Position numbers and translations under genes: made by a program. This document shows, one piece after another, positions 48,727 to 58,391 of a DNA stretch of 64,000 nt. Every line of letters begins with the position of its first letter. The first letter of the stretch is position 1. Source of the DNA: Macrostomum hystrix (lineage: Eukaryota; Animalia; Platyhelminthes); the NCBI GenBank assembly GCA_950097015.1, contig CATNEN010000038.1, positions 17,422,001 to 17,486,000 of the forward strand. The letters run 5' to 3'. The notes under the pieces were generated by a model that saw nothing but the letters and a program-made list of their open reading frames with translations, was not told where the DNA came from and made no database searches.

Positions 48727-50433
48727 CAAACAGTACTGATGAGTCATCGGACATTAACCGCGGTCTATTTAACAAATTCCGTCGATCTTCTGAGTCCACC
48801 AGCTCCAACCCAGTCGCAGTGCCTGGCAGCTCTAGTTCGGCGTCTAATTCGATCTATTATAAATCTGGCCACGAACTCGACCGCCTACTGGACTCCCTGC
48901 CGGCTCTGAATCACTGTCCCAGTTTGCCGGACCCGCCTAGCAGGCCAGGTTGCTCTAATCCGATCGCCGCGGTTGAAACCGGATCACTGGCCGAACTGAT
49001 TCGCCTACTACATTCGCCCGGCTGCGATCTGAACTGGACAGACGAGGATAGAAACGGAGAGACGGCGCTGACTGCCGCGCTCAGGCTAGGCAATGTGGCC
49101 GCTGTTCGACTGCTGCTGCAGCACGGCTGCTCCGTCAGCACCTGGACTACGCTCAATTCGGTGCATCATCATCAGCAGCAGCAGATTCTGCCGCCATCTT
49201 CAGCTTCCTCGTCGTCTGCTTCATCTTATTCTCCGTTAGCCGCTGGTGATTTATTGAATAATGGAAACAGACAGCAGCAGTTGGTGCTTAAAGATCCGTT
49301 TATTGTGGCCAGGTAAAATTGATTTCACCTGTTGTGTCGTCTAATCCCTTAGTGCCCTTATCATAAAATCTCTTTCCTCTTTCCTCTTCTATTCTTTCAG
49401 AGTCAATATCCAATCCTTCAGGTTCATTATCAATCCTTCAGGGTCCTCATCCAATCCTTCAGGTTCATTATCAATCCTTCAGGGTCCTCATCCAATCCTT
49501 CAGGTTCATTATCAATCCTTCAGGTTCATTATCAATCCTTCAGGTTCATTATCAATCCTTCAGTGTCTTCAGCCAATCCTTCAGGGTCTTCATTCAATAC
49601 TTCAGGGTCCTCATCCAATCCTTCAGGGTCTTCATCCAATCCTTCAGGGTCCTCATCCAATCCTTCAGGGTCCTCATCCAATCCTTCAGGGTCCTCATCC
49701 AATCCTTCAGGGTCTTCATCCAATCCTTCAGGGTCCTCATCCAATCCTTCAGGGTCCTCATCCAATCCTTCAGGGTCCTCATCCAATCCTTCAGGGTCTT
49801 CATCCAATCCTTCAGGGTCCTTCATCCAATCCTTCAGGGTCCTTCATTTAATTATTGTAAATCCTCACGCAATCCGTTTGAGTCGCTAATCCGCAACCCG
49901 TCTCCCATCTCGCCCATCCCAGAAGTTGTCCCCTGGCCGGGGAGCTGCAGTGCCTGCTCCAGCGTCACTGCGATGCAGTTTCTCAGGCCCTCGCCGACTG
50001 CGCCCAATCGGCTCTGAGCAGCTCGGCGCGCCTTCTCGCGCCGCTAGGCCGGCTGCACATTCTGCCAAGGCCCGGCCTAGTTGTACAAATCGATGTGCCG
50101 GATCGCCTGCCAGATTTGCCATGCGTTCTGTTGCTAGGCAACGCAGTGTTCGACACCGGACCAGATGCTACCGCGGCTCCTTTAGTGCGTCTAAGAGGCC
50201 GCTGTTCCCTTAGGGAGGTCTGGCTTAACAATGTCCGTCAGCAGGCGCTCAGTCAGGCCGGGTGTTTCATTGTCACCTGCGCACCACTGCGGCCTGGAAT
50301 GAATCAGCTCAGTCTGGTGCCGAGCGCCTCCTTCCGCGAACCGGCTGACGGACGATTCAGGCTGCTAGTGCGCGCCTACGAAGTCAAATTATTAACAGAC
50401 GGTGCGGGTGGCGATGATTCTCAGGGTCGGTGA
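46244..50433 (+). CDS. MPHOSPH8: M-phase phosphoprotein 8 (MPP8) orthologue, 3 exons, about 512 aa
   Basis: Exons 46244-46546, 48588-49312 and 49923-50433 give 1539 nt. Chromodomain YEVESIL...YLIKWKGFGDDWNTWEPRSNL; ankyrin DRNGETALTAALRLGNVAAVRLLLQHG; C-terminal LLQRHCDAVSQ...LLAPL...VRLRGRCSLREVWLN...PGMNQL...RLLVRAYEVKL resembles the recalled human MPP8 C-terminus (LLKNHLETLSR...LLEPV...ARLCGPCSVQAVVLN...AGPNKL...KLLIGAYRVQL). Confidence 0.86.
46735..48508. repeat. 30-bp minisatellite AAATCCCTAATACATCCAACCCTAAGAGTC in MPP8 intron 1
   Basis: About 59 indel-free copies, phase-locked. Confidence 0.98.
48672..48725 (+). repeat. (CAA)6(CAG)12 coding polyQ tract (18 Q) in MPP8 exon 2
   Basis: Read directly from the sequence. 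Confidence 0.95.
49410..49845. repeat. 21-bp minisatellite CCAATCCTTCAGGGTCCTCAT in MPP8 intron 2
   Basis: About 20 copies in two variants. Confidence 0.95.
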
Positions 50434-50464
50434 GAACTTTTTTAAGAATCGCATATTTCTAATC

Positions 50465-51300
50465 TCCATGAGAATCGTCTCTCATAAATCTCCATGAGAC
50501 TCGTCTCTCTCCAATCTCCATGAGACTCGTCTCTGACCAATCTCCTTGAGACTCGTCTCTCTTCAATCTGTATGAGAATCGGCTCTCCCTATGACCTATG
50601 ACCTTGATGAGAATCAGCTCTCCCTATTACCTCGATGAGAATCAGCTCTCGCTATGACCTCGATGAGAATCTGCTCTCCCTATGACCTCGATGAGAATCT
50701 GCTCTCCCTATGACCTCGATGAGAATCGGCTCTCCCTATGATCTCGATGAGACTAGGCTCTCCCTATGACCTCTATCAGAATTGCCTCTCCCTATGACCT
50801 CGATGAGACTCGGCTCTCCCTATGACCTCGATGAGAATCGACTCTCCCTATGATCTCGATGAGACTCGGCTCTCCCTATGACCTCTATCAGAATTGCCTC
50901 TCCCTATGACCTCGATGAGAATCAGCTCTCCCTATGATCTCGATGAGACTCGGCTCTCCCTATGACCTCTATCAGAATTGCCTCTCCCTATGACCTCGAT
51001 GAGAATCAGCTCTCGCTATGACCTCGATGAGAATCAGCTCTCCCTATGAACTCGATGAGAATCGGCTCTCCCAATGACATCGATGAGAATCAGCTCTCCC
51101 TATGAACTCGATGAGAATCGGCTCTCCCAATGACATCGATGAGAATCAGCTCTCCCTATGAACTCGATGAGAATCGGCTCTCCCAATGACATCTATGAGA
51201 ATCGGCTCTCCCTATGACCTCGATGAGAATCGGCTCTCCCTATGACCTCGATGAGAATCAGCTCTCCCGTCCCTATGACCTTGATAAGACTCGGCTCTTT
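50465..51300. repeat. 28-bp minisatellite TGAGAATCAGCTCTCCCTATGACCTCGA
   Basis: About 29 variable copies directly 3' of the MPP8 stop. Confidence 0.92.
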
Positions 51301-52345
51301 GTCTCTCACATGACTACAAACCGGCTTTCATTTTCCCTCACAATTATCTGTCAGAATCGTTTTAGAAAAGCGGTTTCAAAACTAAAGGCAGCTTGACTAT
51401 TTGGATTGGCTGTTTTCTTCTTTTCTTCAGCTTATCGATTAGATATAACAATGAAATTGTACATACGATTTGTCACCCTAAGCAGTATTCCGATCTAGTT
51501 AGTTATTTCGAACCATTTGGTTGTGTCGACGTTGTTGATCTCTTTTTTATAGCCGATTTTCTTCCAGATCTTATCTGTGTACGCGATTATAGTGTCCTGG
51601 AAAAAATGTCATGCACATGAACTTCCATATTTCTTATTTTAAATACAATTTTCGCACCTGTTCCACTTTTCACTTTAAGTTAAAGTGTAACTTCACTTTT
51701 TATAACTTATAATTGTTTCCCAATTTGTTTTCATTCGAAATGAGGCCAAGCTTAATTATTGTTTTTTGTTTATCTTGACTTCATTTCTATATATATAAGA
51801 AAATGTGACAAGGTTTGTGAGCCTTCGACTCAGAATGTTTTTTATTTGTTAAAAAGTACTTCTTGAGTTGCCCCACTTAGTTGAACTCTACATTTAATCT
51901 ACCGTTAATCTACAAAAACTTCTCAGTTTTCGATTTTTACTGGTAGTCTAAAAACTCCCTAGATCCTCGTTAGAAAACTTCTCCAATTCTTATTTGCAGT
52001 CTGAAAACTTCCCTGGTCCTCATTTTCTGTCTGAAAATATACTGGTTGATATACTGATAGATTACTTTGTCTTAGGCGCTTGACTTCTTAGTGTTAGATT
52101 GGTTTTGTGTAAACTTCATATACCTGTTCTCGTTTTTAGTGTCCAACAATGGCACTAGTCTTTTTTCAGTCGCTGCGCTTGCTACTTGTTTGTCTTTTTA
52201 CTCATGTTCTGTCGTGCCTATGTTATATTTAAACTTAAAATAAACGGCTCGGTTTTGGTTATTGGCGGTCTAGCAAACAGTTTTGCGTGTTCTCGTGAAT
52301 TTTTTCTGATATCGTATCTTTGACCGCAATCCAGACAATTAAGGT

Positions 52346-53650
52346 CACCCCAATCCCATCCCAGATCCTCAGCCCCACCCCAATCCCACCCCAGATCCTC
52401 AGATTCACCCCAATCCCACCCCAGATCCTCAGGTTCACCTCAATCCCATCCCAGATCCTCAGCCCCACCCCAATCCCACCCCAGATCCTCAGATTCACCC
52501 CAATCCCACCCCAGATCCTCAGGTTCACCTCAATCCCATCCCAGATCCTCAGCCCCACCCCAATCCCACCCCAGATCCTCAGGTTCACCCCAATCCCACC
52601 CCAGATCCTCAGGTTCACCCCAATCCCACCCCAGATCCTCAGGTTCACCTCAATCCCACCCCAGATCCTCAGGTTCACCCCAATCCCACCCCAGATCCTC
52701 AGGTTCACCTCAATCTCACCCAGATCCTCAGGTTCACCCCAATCCCACCCCAGATCCTCACGTTCACCTCAATCCCACCCCAGATCCTCAGGTTCACCCC
52801 AATCCCACCCCAGATCCTCACGTTCACCTCAATCCCACCCCAGATCCTCAGGTACACCCCAATCCCACCCCAGATCCTCAGGTTCACCTCAATCCCATCC
52901 CAGATCCTCAGATTCACCCCAATCCCACCCCAGATCCTCAGGTACACCCCAATCCCACCCCAGATCCTCAGGTTCACCTCAATCCCATCCCAGATCCTCA
53001 GATTCACCCCAATCCCATCCCAGATCCTCAGGTTCACCCCAATCCCATCCCAGATCCTCAGGTTCACCCCAATCCCACCCCAGATCCTCAGGTTCACCTC
53101 AATCCCACCCCAGATCCTCAGGTTCACCTCAATCCCACCCAGATCCTCACGTTCACCCAATCCCACCCCAGATCCTCAGGTTCACCCCAATCCCACCCCA
53201 GATCCTCAGCCCCACCCCAATCCCACCCCAGATCCTCAGGTACACCTCAATCCCACCCAGATCCTCACGTTCACCCAATCCCACCCCAGATCCTCAGGTT
53301 CACCCCAATCCCACCCCAGATCCTCAGGTACACCTCAATCCCACCCAGATCCTCAGGTACACCCCAATCCCACCCCAGATCCTCAGGTTCACCTCAATCC
53401 CACCCCAGATCCTCAGGTTCACCTCAATCCCACCCCAGATCCTCAGCCCCACCCAAATCCCACCCCAGATCCTCAGGTACACTTCAATCCCACCCAGATC
53501 CTCAGGTACACCCCAATCCCACCCCAGATCCTCAGGTTCACCTCAATCCCACCCCAGATCCTCAGGTTCACCTCAATCCCATCCCAGATCCTCAGGTTCA
53601 CCCCAATCCCACCCCAGATCCTCAGGTTCACCTCGATCCCATCCCAGATT
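52346..53650. repeat. 30-bp minisatellite CAATCCCACCCCAGATCCTCAGGTTCACC(C/T)
   Basis: About 43 copies, probably within a 5'UTR intron of ICE1 (candidate donor AAG|GTCACC at 52344; acceptor TTTCCAG at 53779). Confidence 0.96.
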
Positions 53651-53792
53651 CAATTCAATCCTATCTCACTCCCAGATTCTTGGGTGGATCCTGTCCTAAA
53701 TCGTCATCCTCACCCCCATCCCGTCCCATATCTAAATAGGATTGTACATAAATTCGACTGCTCACCATACCATTTCCAGCATCCCAAGAAGG

Positions 53793-56700
53793 ATGCAGGC
53801 CAACGCCACTCGCGAAGATCTCATTAGAGCTCTGTTCCGCGCCAAGAGTCTTCTAGTCGAATGCGATCATCTCCACCGGGCCTATGCTCAGCAGTGCCGG
53901 CGGGTGAGCTCGCTAGAGGCTGAGCTCAGCCGCGCCAGAGATGCCGTAGACCGGTGCTCTGTGCTCGAAGCTGCTTTATCATTGACCGAGGCCAAATTGC
54001 AGCGAACTCAGCAGGAATTGAACGAGACTCAATTAGAACTAAGAAAATATCGAGACAAGCCGCAGTTATCCGAGACTTTAAAAACTTCTAAACGACCAAG
54101 AAGTGCAGCTGCGGCGGACGAAAATGTCTCTTCCGGAGCAATCGCATTGCGAGCAAAGCGTCCAAAACGGCATTCTAGCGTTGCTGAAATCAATCCTAGA
54201 ATAGCCATGCAAAGCCGGCATCCGCGTCGGGTTGATCTGGACGCAACCTCTAGCGACGAAGAAAGTCAGCGCTTGAGCGGTGTTATCTCGACCTCGGAGA
54301 CAGAAACAGTGCATCGTACAGTTGGGATCTCCAATGAATCCACTCGACCAAAGTGTTCGAGCCTGCAACAACAGGCTTTAGCGCATGAAACTGTTGAAAA
54401 TGATGCTGAAATTCCTTCACCCGAGAAGCCTACTTGTAAGCTGGACTGTACCAGATCGTCGTCTTCTAACGACTTGTCCGATCAGTCCCTAGTAATTGTT
54501 AGGGAAGTGCCAGCTAGACAGTCCAACGATCAACCACCGGTCACCCGATCGAAACAATCGCGACTATCTCTGCCAGCTCATTCTCGAGCGACTCAGATAG
54601 CTAAACAACGTCGAAAATTTCGTCGGGTTGATCTGGACGCAACGTCTAGTGAAGACGATGATAATGCTCGCGTCGATGATCAAGGATGTTCTTCTTCGAC
54701 CGCAGTGCCCAATAAGTCTTTTTCGGTCAAGACAAGGCATCGACTAGCTACAAAACGGAATGCTGATAGAGTTTTCAACCTAAAGAGTTTTATGAAAGTT
54801 CTAACCATTGAATCGACAGATAGGCCAGTTATTAATGCTAAGAATTTAGCATCTGGCGAAGTAATTTTGGTGCAGGATGCTCAAGGTACAACATCTGAGG
54901 ATGCTATTGTCGTGCAGGATGCTGCAGGTGCAACATCTGAGGATGCTATTGTCGTGCAGGATGCTGCAGGTGCAACATCTGAGGATGCTATTGTCGTGCA
55001 GGATGCTGCAGGTGCAACATCTGAGGATGCTATTGTCGTGCAGGATGCTCAAGGTGCAACATCTGATGATGCTATTGTCGTGCAGGATGCTCAAGGTGCA
55101 ACATCTGAGGATGCTATTGTCGTGCAGGATGCTCAAGGTGCAACATCTGAGGATGCTATTGTCGTGCAGGATGCTCAAGGTGCAACATCTGATGATGCTA
55201 TTGTCGTACAGGATGCTGGAGGTGCAACATGTGAGGATGCTGCAGATGCAACATCAGAGGATTCGATTGTCGTACATGATGCTGAAGGCTCAGCTTCAGG
55301 GAAGTCTGTTGAGATAAAGGACGCTGGAGATCCTACATCAGAGGGGCTAGCAATAATCCTGGACGCTGAAGATACTGCATCTGATGCGCCGGCTATTGTA
55401 CAAGACGAAACATCTGAAGAATCAGCTGTAGTACATGATATAGAATATACGAAATCAAAGGGATCGGTTGTGGTGCATGATCTAGAAGACACGAAATCTG
55501 ATGGATCGGCTGTAGAACATGATCCAGAAGACACGAAATCTGATGGATCGGCTGAAGTACATGATCCTGAAGACACGAAATCTGATAGATCGGCTGAAGT
55601 ACATGATCCTGAAGACACGAAATCTGATGGATCGGCTGAAGTACATGATCCTGAAGACACGAAATCTGATGGATCGCCTGAAGTACATGATCCTGAAGAC
55701 ACAAAATCTGAGGGATCTGACTGGTCGTCAGTAGTCCACGATGCTGAAAATGCGACGTTTGAGAGGCTGGCTGTTGTGCACAATCTAGAAGATGCTAAAT
55801 CGGTCCGGTCTGACCAGTTCTCATTATTACACGATGCTGAAGATGAAAATTCTACGGTTTCTAAAGTGGTTCAGAACGTCGAGGAGCCCGTGGTACAGGA
55901 GGTGCTAGACGGTGCACCTAAGCAGTCATTCTATGTAGAAAAATCTAACAAAACCCAATCAGAACAGCAACTTGCGGACAATCCTAAAGACTCTTCAAGT
56001 CAGCTTCTTAGCGATAACACTGACGAAGAATCTGCTGAGCTGACTTATGTGGAGGAATCGAAGGACGCCTTTGCAGAGCTTGTCATTGACGATAATGACG
56101 AAGAGTCTTCAAGCAAGCTTATTGTTTCAGATTCCACTAAAGAAGTCTCATCGGAGCTCATTGTTGTTGATGATTATACTAAGCAGATGTCTTCTGAACT
56201 GTCCGATGGCGGCCAAATCTCAGCAGATAGTCAAACAGTGTGTTTTTCTGCGCAGAGTGAAGCAAAGGGCCCTTGTTCATGTTCGTCAAGACTAGACAGT
56301 ACCGAGAGGCATTCTTCCAGAGTTTCAACATCAGAAAGTGATGATTCCAACGCGCTACCAGTGGGTGTTGCCATAGCGGAATGCGCCGCCTTATCTAGCC
56401 TCATCGAGCAGGCCTCAGAGCTGCAGGAAAGTGCCGATTCAAGTCCGGAGAAATTTAGAATCTCCGATACTAAATTGCACGAGGATGATACATTAGAAAA
56501 CTTGACCATTGTGGACAGCGAGATGTCCGACAAAATGCCCCGGCTAGCGCATTCAGTGACTAAGGCCTCGGACGACTGGCAATCTAGCGCGTCAGCTGCA
56601 ACTATAAGTGAAGACTTCGATGATGCGCCGTGCTCTCTTGCTATCGTCGACTTTGACGACGATACTGACCGAGCTTCGATTGCCAGCAGTTCAACAGCGG

Positions 56701-57416
56701 CTAAACGGCCGTCCTTCCTCTCACCCATCAGGTCTCCGGATCCCGAGACGATCGACTATCCCGTCGCGCCCAGCGCCGCTTCCGTTTGCCGGCTAAAACA
56801 GTGCTCATTTCCCATTGAAGAGTTTGTTCTAGATCTCAACACGTCCTCGGCATTTCGTGCCGTTGCCAGACGCTTCGCCGACGGCTGGCAACTCGACCCG
56901 GTGATGGACTGGATCTTCTTCCTGTCACACCGCATGGACATGCTCGAGCCCCTGCCCGCTGAACCTCTCAGCTTCCGAGAACGCGTCCAGGCCGGCATGG
57001 CTATCGTCCTTGACAACGAGAACGGCGTCCTTGACAACGACGAGCTCGACGCGCTGCTCCGGCCGGACGCCCTCGCTGAACTTTGCCGCGGCGTCCAACC
57101 GGCTTGGATTATCGACCGATTAATTCCTTTCCTTCAGCGCCTGCTGGAGAACACTTCCGGGGGCGATGACGGCGGCGTTCAACACGACAGCCAGCTGGCA
57201 GCCCTGAGACGCCGCTGCGTCGCCTGCCTGATGCTAGTCGGGCCGTTGTCACCGGAGTCGGCCGCACGCTCCGCGGTGCGCTGGATTAATGCCGATAATC
57301 CGCCTACTGGAGACACGATAATCGGCCAGGTTAAGCGATTCCTTAAGATGCGACCGGCACTACTGCGAACCCTGTTTGCCACTGAGAAATTTCCTGTGTG
57401 CCTGCTGACCGCCTGA
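53793..57416 (+). CDS. ICE1: Little elongation complex subunit 1 (ICE1)-like, single coding exon, about 1207 aa
   Basis: N-terminal coiled coil ALFRAKSLLVECDHLHRAYAQQC has the same spacing as the recalled human ICE1 ALITLKQKIINTDNLLTEYQKKC. A long acidic disordered middle follows, then a C-terminal helical domain ending GPLSPESAARSAVRW (compare LSPSNPAEISKILEAW). First ATG at 53793, after an acceptor at 53779. Confidence 0.7.
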   Translation: MQANATREDLIRALFRAKSLLVECDHLHRAYAQQCRRVSSLEAELSRARDAVDRCSVLEAALSLTEAKLQRTQQELNETQLELRKYRDKPQLSETLKTSKRPRSAAAADENVSSGAIALRAKRPKRHSSVAEINPRIAMQSRHPRRVDLDATSSDEESQRLSGVISTSETETVHRTVGISNESTRPKCSSLQQQALAHETVENDAEIPSPEKPTCKLDCTRSSSSNDLSDQSLVIVREVPARQSNDQPPVTRSKQSRLSLPAHSRATQIAKQRRKFRRVDLDATSSEDDDNARVDDQGCSSSTAVPNKSFSVKTRHRLATKRNADRVFNLKSFMKVLTIESTDRPVINAKNLASGEVILVQDAQGTTSEDAIVVQDAAGATSEDAIVVQDAAGATSEDAIVVQDAAGATSEDAIVVQDAQGATSDDAIVVQDAQGATSEDAIVVQDAQGATSEDAIVVQDAQGATSDDAIVVQDAGGATCEDAADATSEDSIVVHDAEGSASGKSVEIKDAGDPTSEGLAIILDAEDTASDAPAIVQDETSEESAVVHDIEYTKSKGSVVVHDLEDTKSDGSAVEHDPEDTKSDGSAEVHDPEDTKSDRSAEVHDPEDTKSDGSAEVHDPEDTKSDGSPEVHDPEDTKSEGSDWSSVVHDAENATFERLAVVHNLEDAKSVRSDQFSLLHDAEDENSTVSKVVQNVEEPVVQEVLDGAPKQSFYVEKSNKTQSEQQLADNPKDSSSQLLSDNTDEESAELTYVEESKDAFAELVIDDNDEESSSKLIVSDSTKEVSSELIVVDDYTKQMSSELSDGGQISADSQTVCFSAQSEAKGPCSCSSRLDSTERHSSRVSTSESDDSNALPVGVAIAECAALSSLIEQASELQESADSSPEKFRISDTKLHEDDTLENLTIVDSEMSDKMPRLAHSVTKASDDWQSSASAATISEDFDDAPCSLAIVDFDDDTDRASIASSSTAAKRPSFLSPIRSPDPETIDYPVAPSAASVCRLKQCSFPIEEFVLDLNTSSAFRAVARRFADGWQLDPVMDWIFFLSHRMDMLEPLPAEPLSFRERVQAGMAIVLDNENGVLDNDELDALLRPDALAELCRGVQPAWIIDRLIPFLQRLLENTSGGDDGGVQHDSQLAALRRRCVACLMLVGPLSPESAARSAVRWINADNPPTGDTIIGQVKRFLKMRPALLRTLFATEKFPVCLLTA
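54870..55850 (+). repeat. Coding 42-bp (14-aa) tandem repeats in ICE1
   Basis: VQDA(A/Q)GATSEDAIV x8 grading into HDPEDTKSDGSAEV x5-6 with a mostly maintained 42-bp period. Confidence 0.93.
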
Positions 57417-57509
57417 CCCTGCCGAACCACTTTGCCGCCGTTTTAATCCCACCGTCTAAATTAGATGCCAGTTTTTTTAATTCTTTTTCTGCTCACCCAT
57501 TTCTCCCTT

Positions 57510-57925
57510 TGTTTCACCCCTTCTCTCCCTGCCTCATCCCTTCTCTCCCTCTGTCTCACCCTTTCTCTCCCTCTGCCTCACCCCTTCTCTCCCTCTGTCT
57601 CACCCTTTCTCTCCCTCTGTCTCACCCCTTCTCTCCCTGTCTCATCCCTTCTCTCCCTCAGTCTCACCCTTTCTCTCCCTCCGTCTCATCCCTTATCTCT
57701 CTGTCTCATCCCTTCTCACCCTCTGTCTCACCCCTTCTCTCCCTCTCTCACCCCTTCTCTCCCTGTCTCATCCCTTCTATCCCTCTGTCTCACCCCTTCT
57801 CTCCCTGTCTCACCCCTTCTCTCCCTGTCTCACCCCTTCTCTCCCTCTGTCTCACCCCTTCTCTCCCTCTGTCTCACCCCTTCTCTCTCTCCGTCTCACC
57901 CCTTCTCACCCCCTGTCTCACCTAT
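57510..57925. repeat. Pyrimidine-rich 20-22-bp repeat (TCTCCCTCTGTCTCACCCCTTC) 3' of ICE1
   Basis: About 19 variable copies. Confidence 0.9.
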
Positions 57926-58391
57926 CCTCTTTTCCTTGTGTCTGTCCCTTATTTGTTTGTATTTTAAATATCTCTTTGGCACTTACTATTATTCAGTCAG
58001 ATTCGCAAACGCAAACGCAAACTTGACTAGCTGAACGAATTGGTTTTCGCTGCTTCTCTCTCGGTCTGATTTTGTGGCGAAATTTGAACAATTTTTGCCT
58101 AAGAGACACAATAACGGAGGTACACGCATTTTCTAATCCATACCTAAAGCAGTCTATTTTTTATGTTAATTGTTTGCGACTTCTGATTTGCAGTAGGCGG
58201 CACAATTTCGTCTTGATCTGATGCCAATTTTTAAGTGACCAACAATAAAACTTGTAATTAGTGTTTTATCAAATTAAAATTTACCAAATGGTGTAAACTT
58301 TTGCGAATGTTGTGCATGTCCATTTCATATGATTGTGAGATGAGGAACTTGACTTTTGTGATATTGTAGTCTTGTTTTAATTTTTCAATCT

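Noticed and set aside
52259-53699. 459-aa Pro/Ser-rich ORF and similar ORFs at 24903-25440, 57398-59737, 21946-22514 and 49532-49889
   Set aside because: Translations of tandem repeats, mostly with non-ATG starts and no domain content.
50433-53793. MPP8-ICE1 as a trans-spliced operon
   Set aside because: Co-orientation and an upstream acceptor are equally explained by ordinary cis-spliced 5'UTR exons; SL-tag data would be needed.
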